Notes: generated by a model from the letters alone, not told the origin. A stretch of DNA of 32,000 nt from Amoeboradix gromovi X-113 (GCA_018985225.1 JADGIF010000028.1:1-32000), one strand, 5' to 3'; numbered from the stretch's first letter, positions 9,598-19,838 are shown. Numbers and translations are program-made.

Positions 9598-9906
9598 TCA
9601 TGCTTTTATCACTGTCAATTGCATACCATTCAAAATCTTTTTTTGCTGTATAGTGAATGTTCTGATTTCACAGGATACTCTAGTAGTTAAATTGGGGACT
9701 TCTATAGGTAAATACAACTGCCTTTCGATTTCCATTTTTATCGCACACAGTGTGTTAATTGCTGCACCACTGGCAAATAATTCCACTTTTTCAAAAGTTT
9801 TAAGCAACTGGACTACTTTAGTGCAATACCGCTGCGGATTTTTCCTAGTGACATAGATTTGGTTCTTGCTGGGAATGGAATGGAAAAGTGAATCTTTTCG
9901 CTTCAT
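9598..9906 (-). CDS. POP7: RNase P/MRP subunit Pop7/Rpp20 (Alba fold)
   Basis: NQIYVTRK...KVVQLLK..KVELFASGAAIN pattern matches Rpp20/Pop7. Confidence 0.7.
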   Translation of the reverse strand: MKRKDSLFHSIPSKNQIYVTRKNPQRYCTKVVQLLKTFEKVELFASGAAINTLCAIKMEIERQLYLPIEVPNLTTRVSCEIRTFTIQQKKILNGMQLTVIKA

Positions 9907-9933
9907 TCCTTGAGACAAAGGGTAACTTCACTA

Positions 9934-11097
9934 ATGCGACATGGACATGGTTTTCGAAAGTTGAATGTGGGCTCTGAGCATAGAAAGGCATTGATGAGGA
10001 ACCTCTCCACTCAGCTAATCCTTAGAGACAGAATCATAACGACAACTGCAAAGGCAAAAGAATTAAGAAAATACATCGAACCAATTATTACCAAAGCCAA
10101 GAAAGGCACTCCGCATTCTTACAATCTAGTAAAAGGTCAGATATTCCTTCACAACTTAGTGTTGCCTCAATTATTTGGCGTGCTAGGTCAAAGATACAAA
10201 AATCGATCAGGTGGCTACTGTCGATTATCTAGAATTGGATTAAACGACAAAAGTGAAGACGAGTGTTTGGTCGAGCTAGTAGATAGTCCTATGGAGTTCA
10301 CAAAGTCGTATAGACTGAAGTTGTTGGAGAAATATAAAGATCAGATTTATAGAATAAAAAATATGGGACAAAAAAAGAAACTCGCAAACGGTGATTTACT
10401 CGATGTACAGAAACCTTATTCGTATGTGTATCCCTCCCAAAAGAGAATACAAATGCTTAATGATCAGGATAACCATCCCAGTCTTAAAGATGAAGTCGTG
10501 AAGAAACTGACAGAAATCATAGAAAAATATCAACGTTTGTTAAAATCTCGAAAGATTGAATACCATTCTAGTGTGACTTTAACAGAAAAAGGCCCCATAT
10601 ATGAAGGTGAATTGTTGAAAGTCTCTCCTCCAGCATTAATGGATGGGAATTTACTTAAGAAGCAAAAGATTGTATTTCATGAAAAGATAATTCCCTCAGA
10701 GTCCTTGAGATTGAGAAAGCATTTATTCAGGAGAGGTATTAGTGAGAATGGTAAACCGTCTCTGAAGGATTTAATGAACCAAAGCATCAAAAAGGAAGCC
10801 TTGGAAAATTGCGAAAGGTATCTCAAGGGAAATGATACTGTTGACGAACAGACCCTGATTCAAGAAACAAAGCGATTGCAAGAATTGAAAGGGTTCAAGA
10901 ACTATAATGTGAAGATATCAACCGTGGAACGGGTAGTTTTGGAAGCTAAACCGTCAAACTCAAAATATTCGGAAAAATTAATTGACATGACAGAAGAGGC
11001 CGAAGAATTGCTTGAGAAAGAGAAAAAAGAAAAGGAAGATAAAGCCAGTAGAAAAACGATTATTGGTAAGCATGGCAGAAATAAACATTTGAGATAA
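9934..11097 (+). CDS. MRPL17: mitochondrial ribosomal protein bL17m with long C-terminal extension
   Basis: MRHGHGFRKL..SEHRKALMRNL..LI..RIITTTAKAKE...RYKNRSGGY...VELVDSP. Confidence 0.92.
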   Translation: MRHGHGFRKLNVGSEHRKALMRNLSTQLILRDRIITTTAKAKELRKYIEPIITKAKKGTPHSYNLVKGQIFLHNLVLPQLFGVLGQRYKNRSGGYCRLSRIGLNDKSEDECLVELVDSPMEFTKSYRLKLLEKYKDQIYRIKNMGQKKKLANGDLLDVQKPYSYVYPSQKRIQMLNDQDNHPSLKDEVVKKLTEIIEKYQRLLKSRKIEYHSSVTLTEKGPIYEGELLKVSPPALMDGNLLKKQKIVFHEKIIPSESLRLRKHLFRRGISENGKPSLKDLMNQSIKKEALENCERYLKGNDTVDEQTLIQETKRLQELKGFKNYNVKISTVERVVLEAKPSNSKYSEKLIDMTEEAEELLEKEKKEKEDKASRKTIIGKHGRNKHLR

Positions 11098-11213
11098 TTA
11101 GTCAGGCTTTAACTTTCAATGGTTTTTGCGGTCTCAGAGCTCGCAGTATCTGCTTCTTTATGCATTGCGTTGCTAAGGTGGTCTTATCTAAAAACTTGAA
11201 CTAATCTCCTTGA

Positions 11214-11855
11214 ATGACCGTTGTCGGCATAGTTTTACAAATGGAATCCGTCACAGAAGAGTACTACAGTTGCGATTTTAATATTTGCGCTGACGGTTCA
11301 GGGCAGAATAAAGAATTGAGTCCTAATGTCGTCATAGGTGATATGGACTCGTTTAAAGAATTTGGAAATTTGGAATTAGTGGAAAAATGCAACAAGTATG
11401 GTGGGTCAACTAGAAAAATGGGAGATACGCTTGTTATCCAAGATCCTAATCAGGACACAACTGATTTTCAGAAATGCTTAAGCTATGTTAAAACGATTTC
11501 TGATGCTACCAAAATATCAATATTTGGAGGACTAGGGGGCAGGTTTGATCATACAATTAGTGTACTGCACGTTTTAGAGCAGCTTGATATGAGTATCCCA
11601 GTTGTTGTCAATGACAAGAACAACACTCTTTATGTTTTAAATCAAGGCACTCATAATTTTACATCATCTGATTTTTCTGGTAGTTCCGCAGGATTATTTG
11701 CCATATCTTCAGTTCATGTCAAGACTTTTGGCTTTAAGTGGAACATTGATAGTTATGTAGAACTTGGAAAATTCATTAGTACTAGCAATGCCGTAACAGA
11801 CGACCTTGTGATTGAGTGTACTGGAAGATGCTTCTTAATAAAATCAGATTTATGA
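11214..11855 (+). CDS. THI80: thiamine pyrophosphokinase
   Basis: ICADG, IGDMDS, QDTTDFQKCL, GGLGGRFDH, T.GFKWN and STSN motifs. Confidence 0.92.
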   Translation: MTVVGIVLQMESVTEEYYSCDFNICADGSGQNKELSPNVVIGDMDSFKEFGNLELVEKCNKYGGSTRKMGDTLVIQDPNQDTTDFQKCLSYVKTISDATKISIFGGLGGRFDHTISVLHVLEQLDMSIPVVVNDKNNTLYVLNQGTHNFTSSDFSGSSAGLFAISSVHVKTFGFKWNIDSYVELGKFISTSNAVTDDLVIECTGRCFLIKSDL

Positions 11856-12089
11856 ATGAAAAAACAAGACATAAATTCAAGCTTATTCTTCTATAGCTCT
11901 TGGCCCAAATGAATACACCTCTTTACCTGATAATATTTATTCAAATTCACTTCTTCATCTTTTGAGTGATATTTAGCATCATTTTAAGGGCTACTGAGCT
12001 GTTTGAAACTAGGTAATTACCTCTCTATTCATCATCCTACTTGCGGCTTTGCTTAGATGGTATTATTATAATCAATCCCTTGGAACAAG

Positions 12090-13409
12090 ATGTCAATTCA
12101 ACAAATCTTAATTAATTTTTCAAAATTAAAATTACCGGATAAATTGAAAACACTGGAATTACTCGAGAAATCACTAAAATTAGATCCTATACAAATCTTG
12201 CCAAACGAGATAATCCTACATATACTTCAATTCATGGATTATCATGACTTACTTAACATAAAGTTGCTCAATAAAACATATTTTAATTTAATAAAAGATG
12301 AGCATTTGTGGTACAAGCTATACCTTAAAGAATACCCAGTATATAATAATATGGACTACAACAAATTTGAGTATTATTATGCTCAGCAGAAACATCTGGA
12401 CAGCAATTGGAGTGATTTAAACTACAACGGCTATGCAACGAAAATACATTCTCGCGGTATCTATTGTGTTGATTTATCGTCTGATATCATTGTCTGTGGT
12501 GGAAGAGATCATTTAGTTAAAGTTTTCGATTTAAGTGGCACTTTGATATCCAAGCTATCTGGGCATACTGCTAGCGTTCTGTGCATTGAGCTAGCGACCG
12601 ATGAGTCTAACAATTACTCACATATTCCGTTACATCTACTTCCGGTTACTACCAAAAATAGAATAGTTTCCGGTAGTTCAGATGCCACTGTAGCTATTTG
12701 GGATAGCAACTGCGGTACTCTAATAAATCGGTTTAATGCCCATCTAGAAGCCGTGCTAAATCTGAGCGTTTTTAAGAATTTCCACACATTTGCCACTTGC
12801 TCAAAAGACCGTCATGTTGCATTGTGGGATGTGAACAACTGCAGCTCGCCACTGCTAAACATGGATGGCCATCAAGCAGCCGTTAATAGTGTTGTAGCCT
12901 TGCAGGATGTTGTTGTAAGTGCAGGTGGGGACAGAGTAATCAAAGTGTGGGACAAAAGAACTGGAACGAGTGTACTTAATTTAGTAGGACATGACAGAGG
13001 CATAGCTTGTTTGGATGTTGATTTGAATTATGTAGCCAGCGGTAGTAGTGATAAGACAATACGAATTCATGATTTAAGAATGGGAAGTTGCTGCAACGTC
13101 ATTCGAGTACACGATGAGCTGGTAAGAACAGTAAGCATTAACGCAAGAAGGCAGACAGTGGTTAGTGGTAGCTATGATTCCAAAGTGATTCTTACGAATT
13201 TCATGCACGCTACGTATACAAATAAGACACTGCAGCCAACAAAACAACCATATAACGTCATAGAATATACTGATGACCATAGCTCCTATATAAGAACCAC
13301 AGAGAGAGGGCCTGGTCATTCAAGTAGAGTATTTAATGTTGCAATGAGCAATGACAGGATTATAAGTGTTTCTGAAGATAACAGAATGATTATATGGGAC
13401 TTCAATTAG
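12090..13409 (+). CDS. F-box/WD40 protein, beta-TrCP/FWD-1-like
   Basis: F-box LPNEIILHILQFMD; WD repeats GHQAAVNSV, GHDRGIACL, HDELVR, VVSGSYD, H..RVF and terminal IIWDF as in beta-TrCP. Confidence 0.88.
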   Translation: MSIQQILINFSKLKLPDKLKTLELLEKSLKLDPIQILPNEIILHILQFMDYHDLLNIKLLNKTYFNLIKDEHLWYKLYLKEYPVYNNMDYNKFEYYYAQQKHLDSNWSDLNYNGYATKIHSRGIYCVDLSSDIIVCGGRDHLVKVFDLSGTLISKLSGHTASVLCIELATDESNNYSHIPLHLLPVTTKNRIVSGSSDATVAIWDSNCGTLINRFNAHLEAVLNLSVFKNFHTFATCSKDRHVALWDVNNCSSPLLNMDGHQAAVNSVVALQDVVVSAGGDRVIKVWDKRTGTSVLNLVGHDRGIACLDVDLNYVASGSSDKTIRIHDLRMGSCCNVIRVHDELVRTVSINARRQTVVSGSYDSKVILTNFMHATYTNKTLQPTKQPYNVIEYTDDHSSYIRTTERGPGHSSRVFNVAMSNDRIISVSEDNRMIIWDFN

Positions 13410-13451
13410 TAAAGTTATGTGCGCTCATCTATATACTTATTTATTAAAATA

Positions 13452-13823
13452 TTACTTTTCGTCAGGCTTGATTTCCTTAAACACCCTGCAATGCCTTTCA
13501 AAGTTAAATATTACATCTTTGACTGGATCTACGAATGTTTTGTTGTCAGACCTTAAGGGTATCCTACCGCCATAAGTGCAAGGCTTTGGGTCATATTTGC
13601 ATTTGTTCATGTGAACCAGTAAATCATGTTTTCTCTTAAATCCTTTATTACAAGGACAAGTAAATGGCCTGACATCAAAATGAACTTTGAGATGGGATAC
13701 CATACCAAATCTGTTACTTCTTTCTACACTGCAAACCTCCCACTGACAACTACCGATGAAATTGCATTTTCTTCGATGGCCAATATGATTAGCAAAATGG
13801 TTCAGAACATCCAAATGGGACAT
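13452..13823 (-). CDS. PacC/Rim101-like zinc-finger protein, 5'-truncated paralog
   Basis: H...HIG...CQWEVC...R..MVSHLKVHFDVRPFTC.C.KGFKRKHDL; the Cys pair of finger 1 is absent; the ATG lies within a TIR. Confidence 0.7.
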   Translation of the reverse strand: MSHLDVLNHFANHIGHRRKCNFIGSCQWEVCSVERSNRFGMVSHLKVHFDVRPFTCPCNKGFKRKHDLLVHMNKCKYDPKPCTYGGRIPLRSDNKTFVDPVKDVIFNFERHCRVFKEIKPDEK

Positions 13824-14383
13824 CAAATATAAAAACTGGACTAACTTTCTGTAACAACTTGGAACATTATTTCAGCTTTATTAATTTTATGGATTCAAGA
13901 GGCGAGTGGACATTCAGTTACTTGCGGAGTTGACGAGTATAAAAGGAAAATAAATAACTTTTTGTATCGAAATTTCAAAAATAAATATTCTGTACAGCTA
14001 TTCTCTTACTCTTTCATCCAGTCTTTATTTCAAATAGACCTCTGATTCATAGTACTAATTCATAACAGGGTATATTTTCATTTAAGAACTATCCAGAAAG
14101 AACTGGCAAGACAAGAGTCAGGGAGACTGTCCAGTTGGTCTTCAAAAGTTTTCTAATACAATTTCCGGGGCTTGAGGATTGGTGTAATAGGCATTGACAT
14201 CTCGATTCAAATCCCCATTATAAATCACTTATTTTCATGCTGATTTACCTCCATTTATTATCTTTTTATAGTCTTTTATAATTGTATTTTATACAAATAT
14301 CGTTCACAGTGCTATTATCTATGCAGATCCATTAAGCTTGTTAAAGCAGAAAATTACTGATTCTTGGTCTGACTATGGTGTCC
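13817..14383 (+). mobile_element. second copy (relic E) of the GGGACAC TIR element; right end uncertain
   Basis: 13817-14085 is a high-identity direct repeat of 3885-4103 with 31-nt and 19-nt extra segments; left TIR matches the 4403-4431 TIR at 27/29; AAAT on the left flank; short GGTGTCC at 14377-14383. Confidence 0.75.
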
Positions 14384-14462
14384 ATTTGTACAAAAAATGC
14401 AGATTTAAAGCAAATCAAAAAATTTATTTGTTTTAATTATGCTTGGGTAGTACAATCTCTGC

Positions 14463-14954
14463 TTACCTTGGGCATTTGTATTTAGAGTTCAGACCTTGGA
14501 GAGAAAATTTGCTTTCAGCTCCAGGCAGCCGTCTAGATATAGCATATAGTTTACTAGCTGCAAGTAGGCCTTCCTTTGAGTATCGCTTCCCGTCCTTGGA
14601 TATTAGTAGTGCTTTCCTTCCAAGCTCCACTTGAGATATTATCTCTTTTAAAGGGTCTTTAAATTCTACCACCTTAATCTTTTCATCGTTACATTTTCTT
14701 TGATGAACTATTCTATCGTATTTTCTTTTAAAAGATTTTCCACACTTGCATGGAAAAGGTCTCACATCAATATGTACAGCTATGTGGCTCACCATCGCCC
14801 CTCTTGTATTTTTGCGAACATTACATCCAGCCCATTTGCAGTGTGGTTTAAACGTATTCCTCTTTGGATACCCAACATGTCCCTCTACGTGTCCCAGTAT
14901 CTCATCTTGCTCTTTGAAAGTCTTGTAGCAGTCCTCCCACTTACATATCATCAT
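14463..14954 (-). CDS. PacC/Rim101-like three-finger zinc-finger protein
   Basis: CKWEDC..F....L.HV..HVG......CKWAGC.....R..MVSHIAVHIDVRPFPCKCGKSFKR matches PacC/GLI-type fingers. Confidence 0.8.
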   Translation of the reverse strand: MMICKWEDCYKTFKEQDEILGHVEGHVGYPKRNTFKPHCKWAGCNVRKNTRGAMVSHIAVHIDVRPFPCKCGKSFKRKYDRIVHQRKCNDEKIKVVEFKDPLKEIISQVELGRKALLISKDGKRYSKEGLLAASKLYAISRRLPGAESKFSLQGLNSKYKCPR

Positions 14955-15642
14955 TTCTCGCTATTCCTGTTTAACTTGGGGTAATTACTTGGGACAGTCC
15001 TGTGAAAAGTAGATCAGAGGGGCAAAAGGGATAACAAAAGGAAAAGAGATAACAAGTTATAAGATATCAAAAAAGGTAACAGAAAGTATAGCACATAGGA
15101 CTAGTTAGATTATTGCAATAGTCCTGTAACCCGTCACTAGCACTAGTAAGCCATAGGATGACGTGGCATTCAGAAAGCTTGTAGCTAGAAAAACATTTAC
15201 TAAGACAAACAATGACGATAGTTGTGAAAATGTGGTTAGTACGGTAATGACGATTACGAACAGAGCATAAAGAACCATAGCAGTCCAAGGGGTGATCGGA
15301 TATTAATTTGTGTGGCAGTAACATTCAAGTCAAAAAGACCTACTGAGGACATTGAAAGAGCACTAGTTGGTAACTAAAGCTTGTTATCTAACGCATCGGA
15401 AACAGAACATTGGTCATTTCTGTTTGACTAGATTTAATTGAAGAAACCTGGAACACTCTACATTGTCTGGAGGATCTCAATCTTTCAAATAGTCACGAAT
15501 TCTAGCGTTTGCAGGTCAATGATATGGTTTTGATGTACCAGAGTGAGCTTAATTTTTATAGCGGGCTTACCAACTAGGCGAGATTATAGGACCATCCAGT
15601 AGTAAATCCTTGCAAATACCTTAAAATTAGAACTAGTTTTAT

Positions 15643-17343
15643 TTATTTCCTTTTGATGTAACCAGGGCATAACCTAGTTAAATCCTTTCTGTAAATATCT
15701 GGATAGAGTATGTACTGCCTCATATTCTTGTATATGGTAGGACACGAGTATAATGTGGGTGTCTTTATTATGCATTGAGCAGGTATTCTTTTATCTTTTG
15801 GAATGTATAATTCACCACTGCATACATCCCCATTAAATACCTGATCTGGCTCCATCACTGATCGTAACGCTGTGCTATCAATATTCGCCAGCTGCTGCCC
15901 CAAGACCCTTACATCGTTTATGTCTGAATTGTTCAAAAATGAGTTGAACTTAACTACCACCTGCCTAACCTGGAGGACATTTAATTCCAACTGTTTCATT
16001 TGTCCACTTACTGCAGTTGACAGCATAGTGCTGCATTCGCTCACAGTACAAGTACCATTAACCTTAACTAGATCAACCTGAGTGTATTCGCACTCTTTGG
16101 CATTCTTGTAGCATTGTTTCTTTGTCATTCCAAATGGTAGAAATATGAAAGATAGAAACCGACGAGTTTTAGAGCATGGCTGCTTGCAATCTTTCTTGTA
16201 GATTCGCTCAAATTGACAAACTTCCTTGGCATCATCTGTCAAAAGTCGGACAAACTTGCAAGTAGGATCCCTACATTCCTTGTTGACTATACGAGGGACT
16301 GCTACTTGCGACTGGGCTATGAATTGGTACTTAGGTTCTGCAGTAGTTTCATTGATATAGCCTTGATTAATCGGCTGATTAGGTACCTTGAATGTTAGCA
16401 AACATGAAGATGAGTCACTTTTTTTGATATTCGATGATAAAATGTACTTTTTCCACGAATTGTACCATAAATTGACCATGTTGGAGTAATGAACTTGGAA
16501 AGAATTGGCAAACTGGTAATACTTATTCGCAATGTCCTCAGTCGGCAAATTCAATCGTTTAGATAGTAAGTACCACTCTTTAACTGCCATAAGCAAAATG
16601 GAAATAAATTGTGGGTATACTGCCACGGCGACGCTTACCTCATAGTATTCGAAATCTAGTTGATCAGTAACGCTTATAGGTAACTTGTTTGCCAGCATTT
16701 CATTTGAGGTTTCAATGATCATACTTTCATAATTAGACACAATTTTAGTTGAAGACTGGTTAGACTGGAATTGATTTAGATAGCCAGTGATTATCCTAAG
16801 ACTACGCTGTTGTTGTCCTTGGTATTGCTCTAGAAATCTGATATCCATTTTGTTGTCCATTAGCTCATTTAGAAAAGGCTTCATGCTCATGAATGACTGA
16901 TCTGGAGTAGGCAAGATCATGTTGACGAATTCCACAACTTGTTTAAATAGCTCAACGGGATCTAATTGAGGTGGGGGTTTATCATCAAATAGCGTTTTGG
17001 AAAGCGTCATTACGGAACCCAGAACCATCCCTGGCATAGAACCGCTAAACATCAATAAAGTACTGGCTAGATCAAATGCACCACCAAATAAGGCATTTGA
17101 TCTGTCTTGTGACGATGCACTTTTATCGGATACACCTTGAATAGCAGTAGCAAGGCTAGGCGCCGAGAATGCTAATCCCATAGCCATTCCACTCATGTCT
17201 CTCCTACTTAATCGTCTGTCACGATTTTTTCGACATGATTTAGCTAAAATCGATCTTAACGGTGAATGCTGCCATCTTTTATTTGCGATCGCATTCTTCT
17301 GGTTTTCTGTTAATTGAGAATAGGACAGCATAAGTAGCAACAT
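15643..17343 (-). CDS. secreted protein with Cry delta-endotoxin N-terminal-like helical domain and Cys-rich C-terminus
   Basis: Short hydrophobic N-terminus, RRLSRR site, G/A/S-rich hydrophobic hairpin; aa 234-297 align by eye with Cry domain I helices 5-6. Confidence 0.6.
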   Translation of the reverse strand: MLLLMLSYSQLTENQKNAIANKRWQHSPLRSILAKSCRKNRDRRLSRRDMSGMAMGLAFSAPSLATAIQGVSDKSASSQDRSNALFGGAFDLASTLLMFSGSMPGMVLGSVMTLSKTLFDDKPPPQLDPVELFKQVVEFVNMILPTPDQSFMSMKPFLNELMDNKMDIRFLEQYQGQQQRSLRIITGYLNQFQSNQSSTKIVSNYESMIIETSNEMLANKLPISVTDQLDFEYYEVSVAVAVYPQFISILLMAVKEWYLLSKRLNLPTEDIANKYYQFANSFQVHYSNMVNLWYNSWKKYILSSNIKKSDSSSCLLTFKVPNQPINQGYINETTAEPKYQFIAQSQVAVPRIVNKECRDPTCKFVRLLTDDAKEVCQFERIYKKDCKQPCSKTRRFLSFIFLPFGMTKKQCYKNAKECEYTQVDLVKVNGTCTVSECSTMLSTAVSGQMKQLELNVLQVRQVVVKFNSFLNNSDINDVRVLGQQLANIDSTALRSVMEPDQVFNGDVCSGELYIPKDKRIPAQCIIKTPTLYSCPTIYKNMRQYILYPDIYRKDLTRLCPGYIKRK

Positions 17344-17391
17344 GGATAATTCAAATAAGAAACATTTCTAAGTTATTTATTTCGTGTTTCA

Positions 17392-19143
17392 CTAAATTCC
17401 TTTATTTCTCACAAATTCCTGGTTGTGTAAAAAGGCTTCTTCTGGCAACTTCTTATCTATTTCGCATCTCAACCTGGTGTCATCCAATTGTCTAAGTTCT
17501 CTTAGTTGCCTAGTGTTTAAATTACAATAGTTAATAAATGCAATTAAACATTCAACACTGGCGTTAACTAACTTTTCATTATTGTTATTGTTTAAATAGT
17601 AGAGTAATGGCTTCTTTATTTTAATATAAAATGTTTTGAATCTACTACTCATGAAATCAGTAGCATAAAGTACAATTTTTGTTATGATTTTTAAAACAAA
17701 ATAGACCACGTTTTCATCATCATGCAGTCTGCTTAACAGTTGCTCCCACACAAGATGTATGCAGTTCAGGTAAAGTTTATGGTTTCTGAACAATTCCAAG
17801 CAGTTGTAGATAATCGACATGTAAATGGCTCTAATATTGATTTTTGAGTAACTTATAAACTGCATAGCTATTTTGAATATTGCAACTACGTGTAGACTAT
17901 CGTCTTCGTCTTTCAGTGTCTCTTGAGTTTCTTGCTTTTTTGGGATACGGTTTAATCTCATGTCCAACCAGTGTTCCAAATGAGGCATTACTTTCTTTTC
18001 TTCTATCAGTTCCATTTGCTGAGTGTTCTTCTTTAATAAAAGGGTGTATCTGTAGAGAAGCACACCTATTTCTTCTATTATTGTCATTCTTGGTAAACTT
18101 TCCAAGACATCAAAACAGATATCCAAACTGTCATCCATCAGCATGGCTATCGCTCCTGTGTCTATTTTATTCATCAATTTTAATGAGTTGCTTAATACGT
18201 TCAATGCGTCCTTACTAGGTATCATTAACGCTGCCCTGTCTACTAGATAATCAAAATTCTCAAATACTATTAAATCAAGGGGAATCTTGAGTGAGCTGGA
18301 TATATTTTCAAGTGCTACCTGATGATCAGCATTCAAAGCATCCCAAAGAATTGGATTATCAATGAAATTACAGCTTTTCACAGCTAATGAGGTATATTTT
18401 AGATCATTTGAGTACTTGCTAAAATGTGGTAAATAAGGCATCAAATACTCTAAAACAGTCGAGTCCTGGGATATGTACATGTAGATATGGTCAATAGGTA
18501 TTATATTGATTATATGGTGTACGTATTCACTACTTCTACAGCGAGACAATAGCAAATCGTAATTCTTATATATTTGTAAGTAATGCATATTAATAAGGAG
18601 TACAATATCATCTTGGCTTAATTTTGGTAGTAGTAAAGGCAAAAGTAGGTCACATTTTACTTTAAAATTGTAAACGTTGTACAAAAAGGCATTTGCAATA
18701 CTTTTAATCATAAACTCATTGTTACGCTTGAACACGCAAGAGAGCAAATCATTCATTTGCAATTTAAATGGCAAATACTGCAAGTATTCGGCTAACTTTG
18801 CCGCATCGACGTCATTGATTACTGAAATTATGACAAATTCTAAGCTTGGATAAACTATGGATTTGTCTTTAAACTTCATCAGCAATTTGGTCATTTTAGA
18901 TATCAGTCCAGGCGCTAGATGTACTAGTTCCTCTCGAGGCAGCAAGCGGACAATTCTAAACAAGATTGACTTCAAATTACTTAAAATTGCATTGGTACAG
19001 TTTTTCGACAGTAAATCAAATAAAAGCATAAGTATATGGGAGAAATGAAAGGAGTTGGTATAATACAAAGTGCTGGGATTAATCAAGCGGTATTCTAATG
19101 GGTTTTCAATGGCGTTTAACAAATTTGACTCAATCTCTAGCAT
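17392..19143 (-). CDS. TTI1: TTI1 (TTT complex HEAT-repeat subunit), shortened
   Basis: LAPGLISKMTK, ENFDYLVD, IHLVWEQLLSRL and ATDFMSSRF motifs in an all-helical protein. Confidence 0.7.
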   Translation of the reverse strand: MLEIESNLLNAIENPLEYRLINPSTLYYTNSFHFSHILMLLFDLLSKNCTNAILSNLKSILFRIVRLLPREELVHLAPGLISKMTKLLMKFKDKSIVYPSLEFVIISVINDVDAAKLAEYLQYLPFKLQMNDLLSCVFKRNNEFMIKSIANAFLYNVYNFKVKCDLLLPLLLPKLSQDDIVLLINMHYLQIYKNYDLLLSRCRSSEYVHHIINIIPIDHIYMYISQDSTVLEYLMPYLPHFSKYSNDLKYTSLAVKSCNFIDNPILWDALNADHQVALENISSSLKIPLDLIVFENFDYLVDRAALMIPSKDALNVLSNSLKLMNKIDTGAIAMLMDDSLDICFDVLESLPRMTIIEEIGVLLYRYTLLLKKNTQQMELIEEKKVMPHLEHWLDMRLNRIPKKQETQETLKDEDDSLHVVAIFKIAMQFISYSKINIRAIYMSIIYNCLELFRNHKLYLNCIHLVWEQLLSRLHDDENVVYFVLKIITKIVLYATDFMSSRFKTFYIKIKKPLLYYLNNNNNEKLVNASVECLIAFINYCNLNTRQLRELRQLDDTRLRCEIDKKLPEEAFLHNQEFVRNKGI

Positions 19144-19190
19144 TGAAAGTAGGAGGACACAATCTCGGAGTTGAAGTAGATGAAATAAAT

Positions 19191-19838
19191 TTATTGAAAG
19201 AAACTATCCCTTCTTAGTCTTCTTTTAGGAATCTTTGAGCTGTCGACAGTTTCTGACACACCACCAACACTATCGCATACAGTTTTGATGCTGTCACGTC
19301 TAGAGGTGGGGAATGCACACATAATAGCATCTTTGTTGCTGCACATGGGAGTTCTATAATGGAAATCGTCATCAACTCTATGCCAAGTATTTCTACGAGA
19401 AAAGTTGAAATTTTTGAATTTTATGGCATTGCTATGGAATATTCTGCTGAACTTGAGAATTGCGACAATGAATAAGAGTAAAAACGTCAACATAATGTAA
19501 CTATAGTGATTTTCATCATTTTCCAAACTAGAGTCCAGGTATGCATTACATTTCTTTTTGATTTTATATATAGTTCTAATAATTAATAATCTGAGTTCTT
19601 CCGCAATGTTATTGGAATATTCATATTTGGAGTTTTCTTCACTCAAGATTGGATCCAGTTCTAATTTATTTGCATTCCTAGTCGACTTGCGTATATTAAG
19701 ATTGAACTTCTCAAAGGCACAGCTTATAAATGATCCCATCTCACTATCCAAAGAGTATCCAATTATATCAGGATTAGTATGTATGAATGTGATCGCTACA
19801 AATCCTAAAAGCGACAACATGGCATTGAGGAAATTCAT
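19191..19838 (-). CDS. hypothetical single-pass membrane protein with signal peptide
   Basis: N-terminal hydrophobic segment and a TM segment YIMLTFLLLFIVAIL. Confidence 0.65.
   Translation of the reverse strand: MNFLNAMLSLLGFVAITFIHTNPDIIGYSLDSEMGSFISCAFEKFNLNIRKSTRNANKLELDPILSEENSKYEYSNNIAEELRLLIIRTIYKIKKKCNAYLDSSLENDENHYSYIMLTFLLLFIVAILKFSRIFHSNAIKFKNFNFSRRNTWHRVDDDFHYRTPMCSNKDAIMCAFPTSRRDSIKTVCDSVGGVSETVDSSKIPKRRLRRDSFFQ

Noticed and set aside
14960-15640. 85-aa ORF, a hydrophobic alternate frame and two 7-8 bp hairpins
   Set aside because: No recognisable motif; stems of this length are expected by chance.
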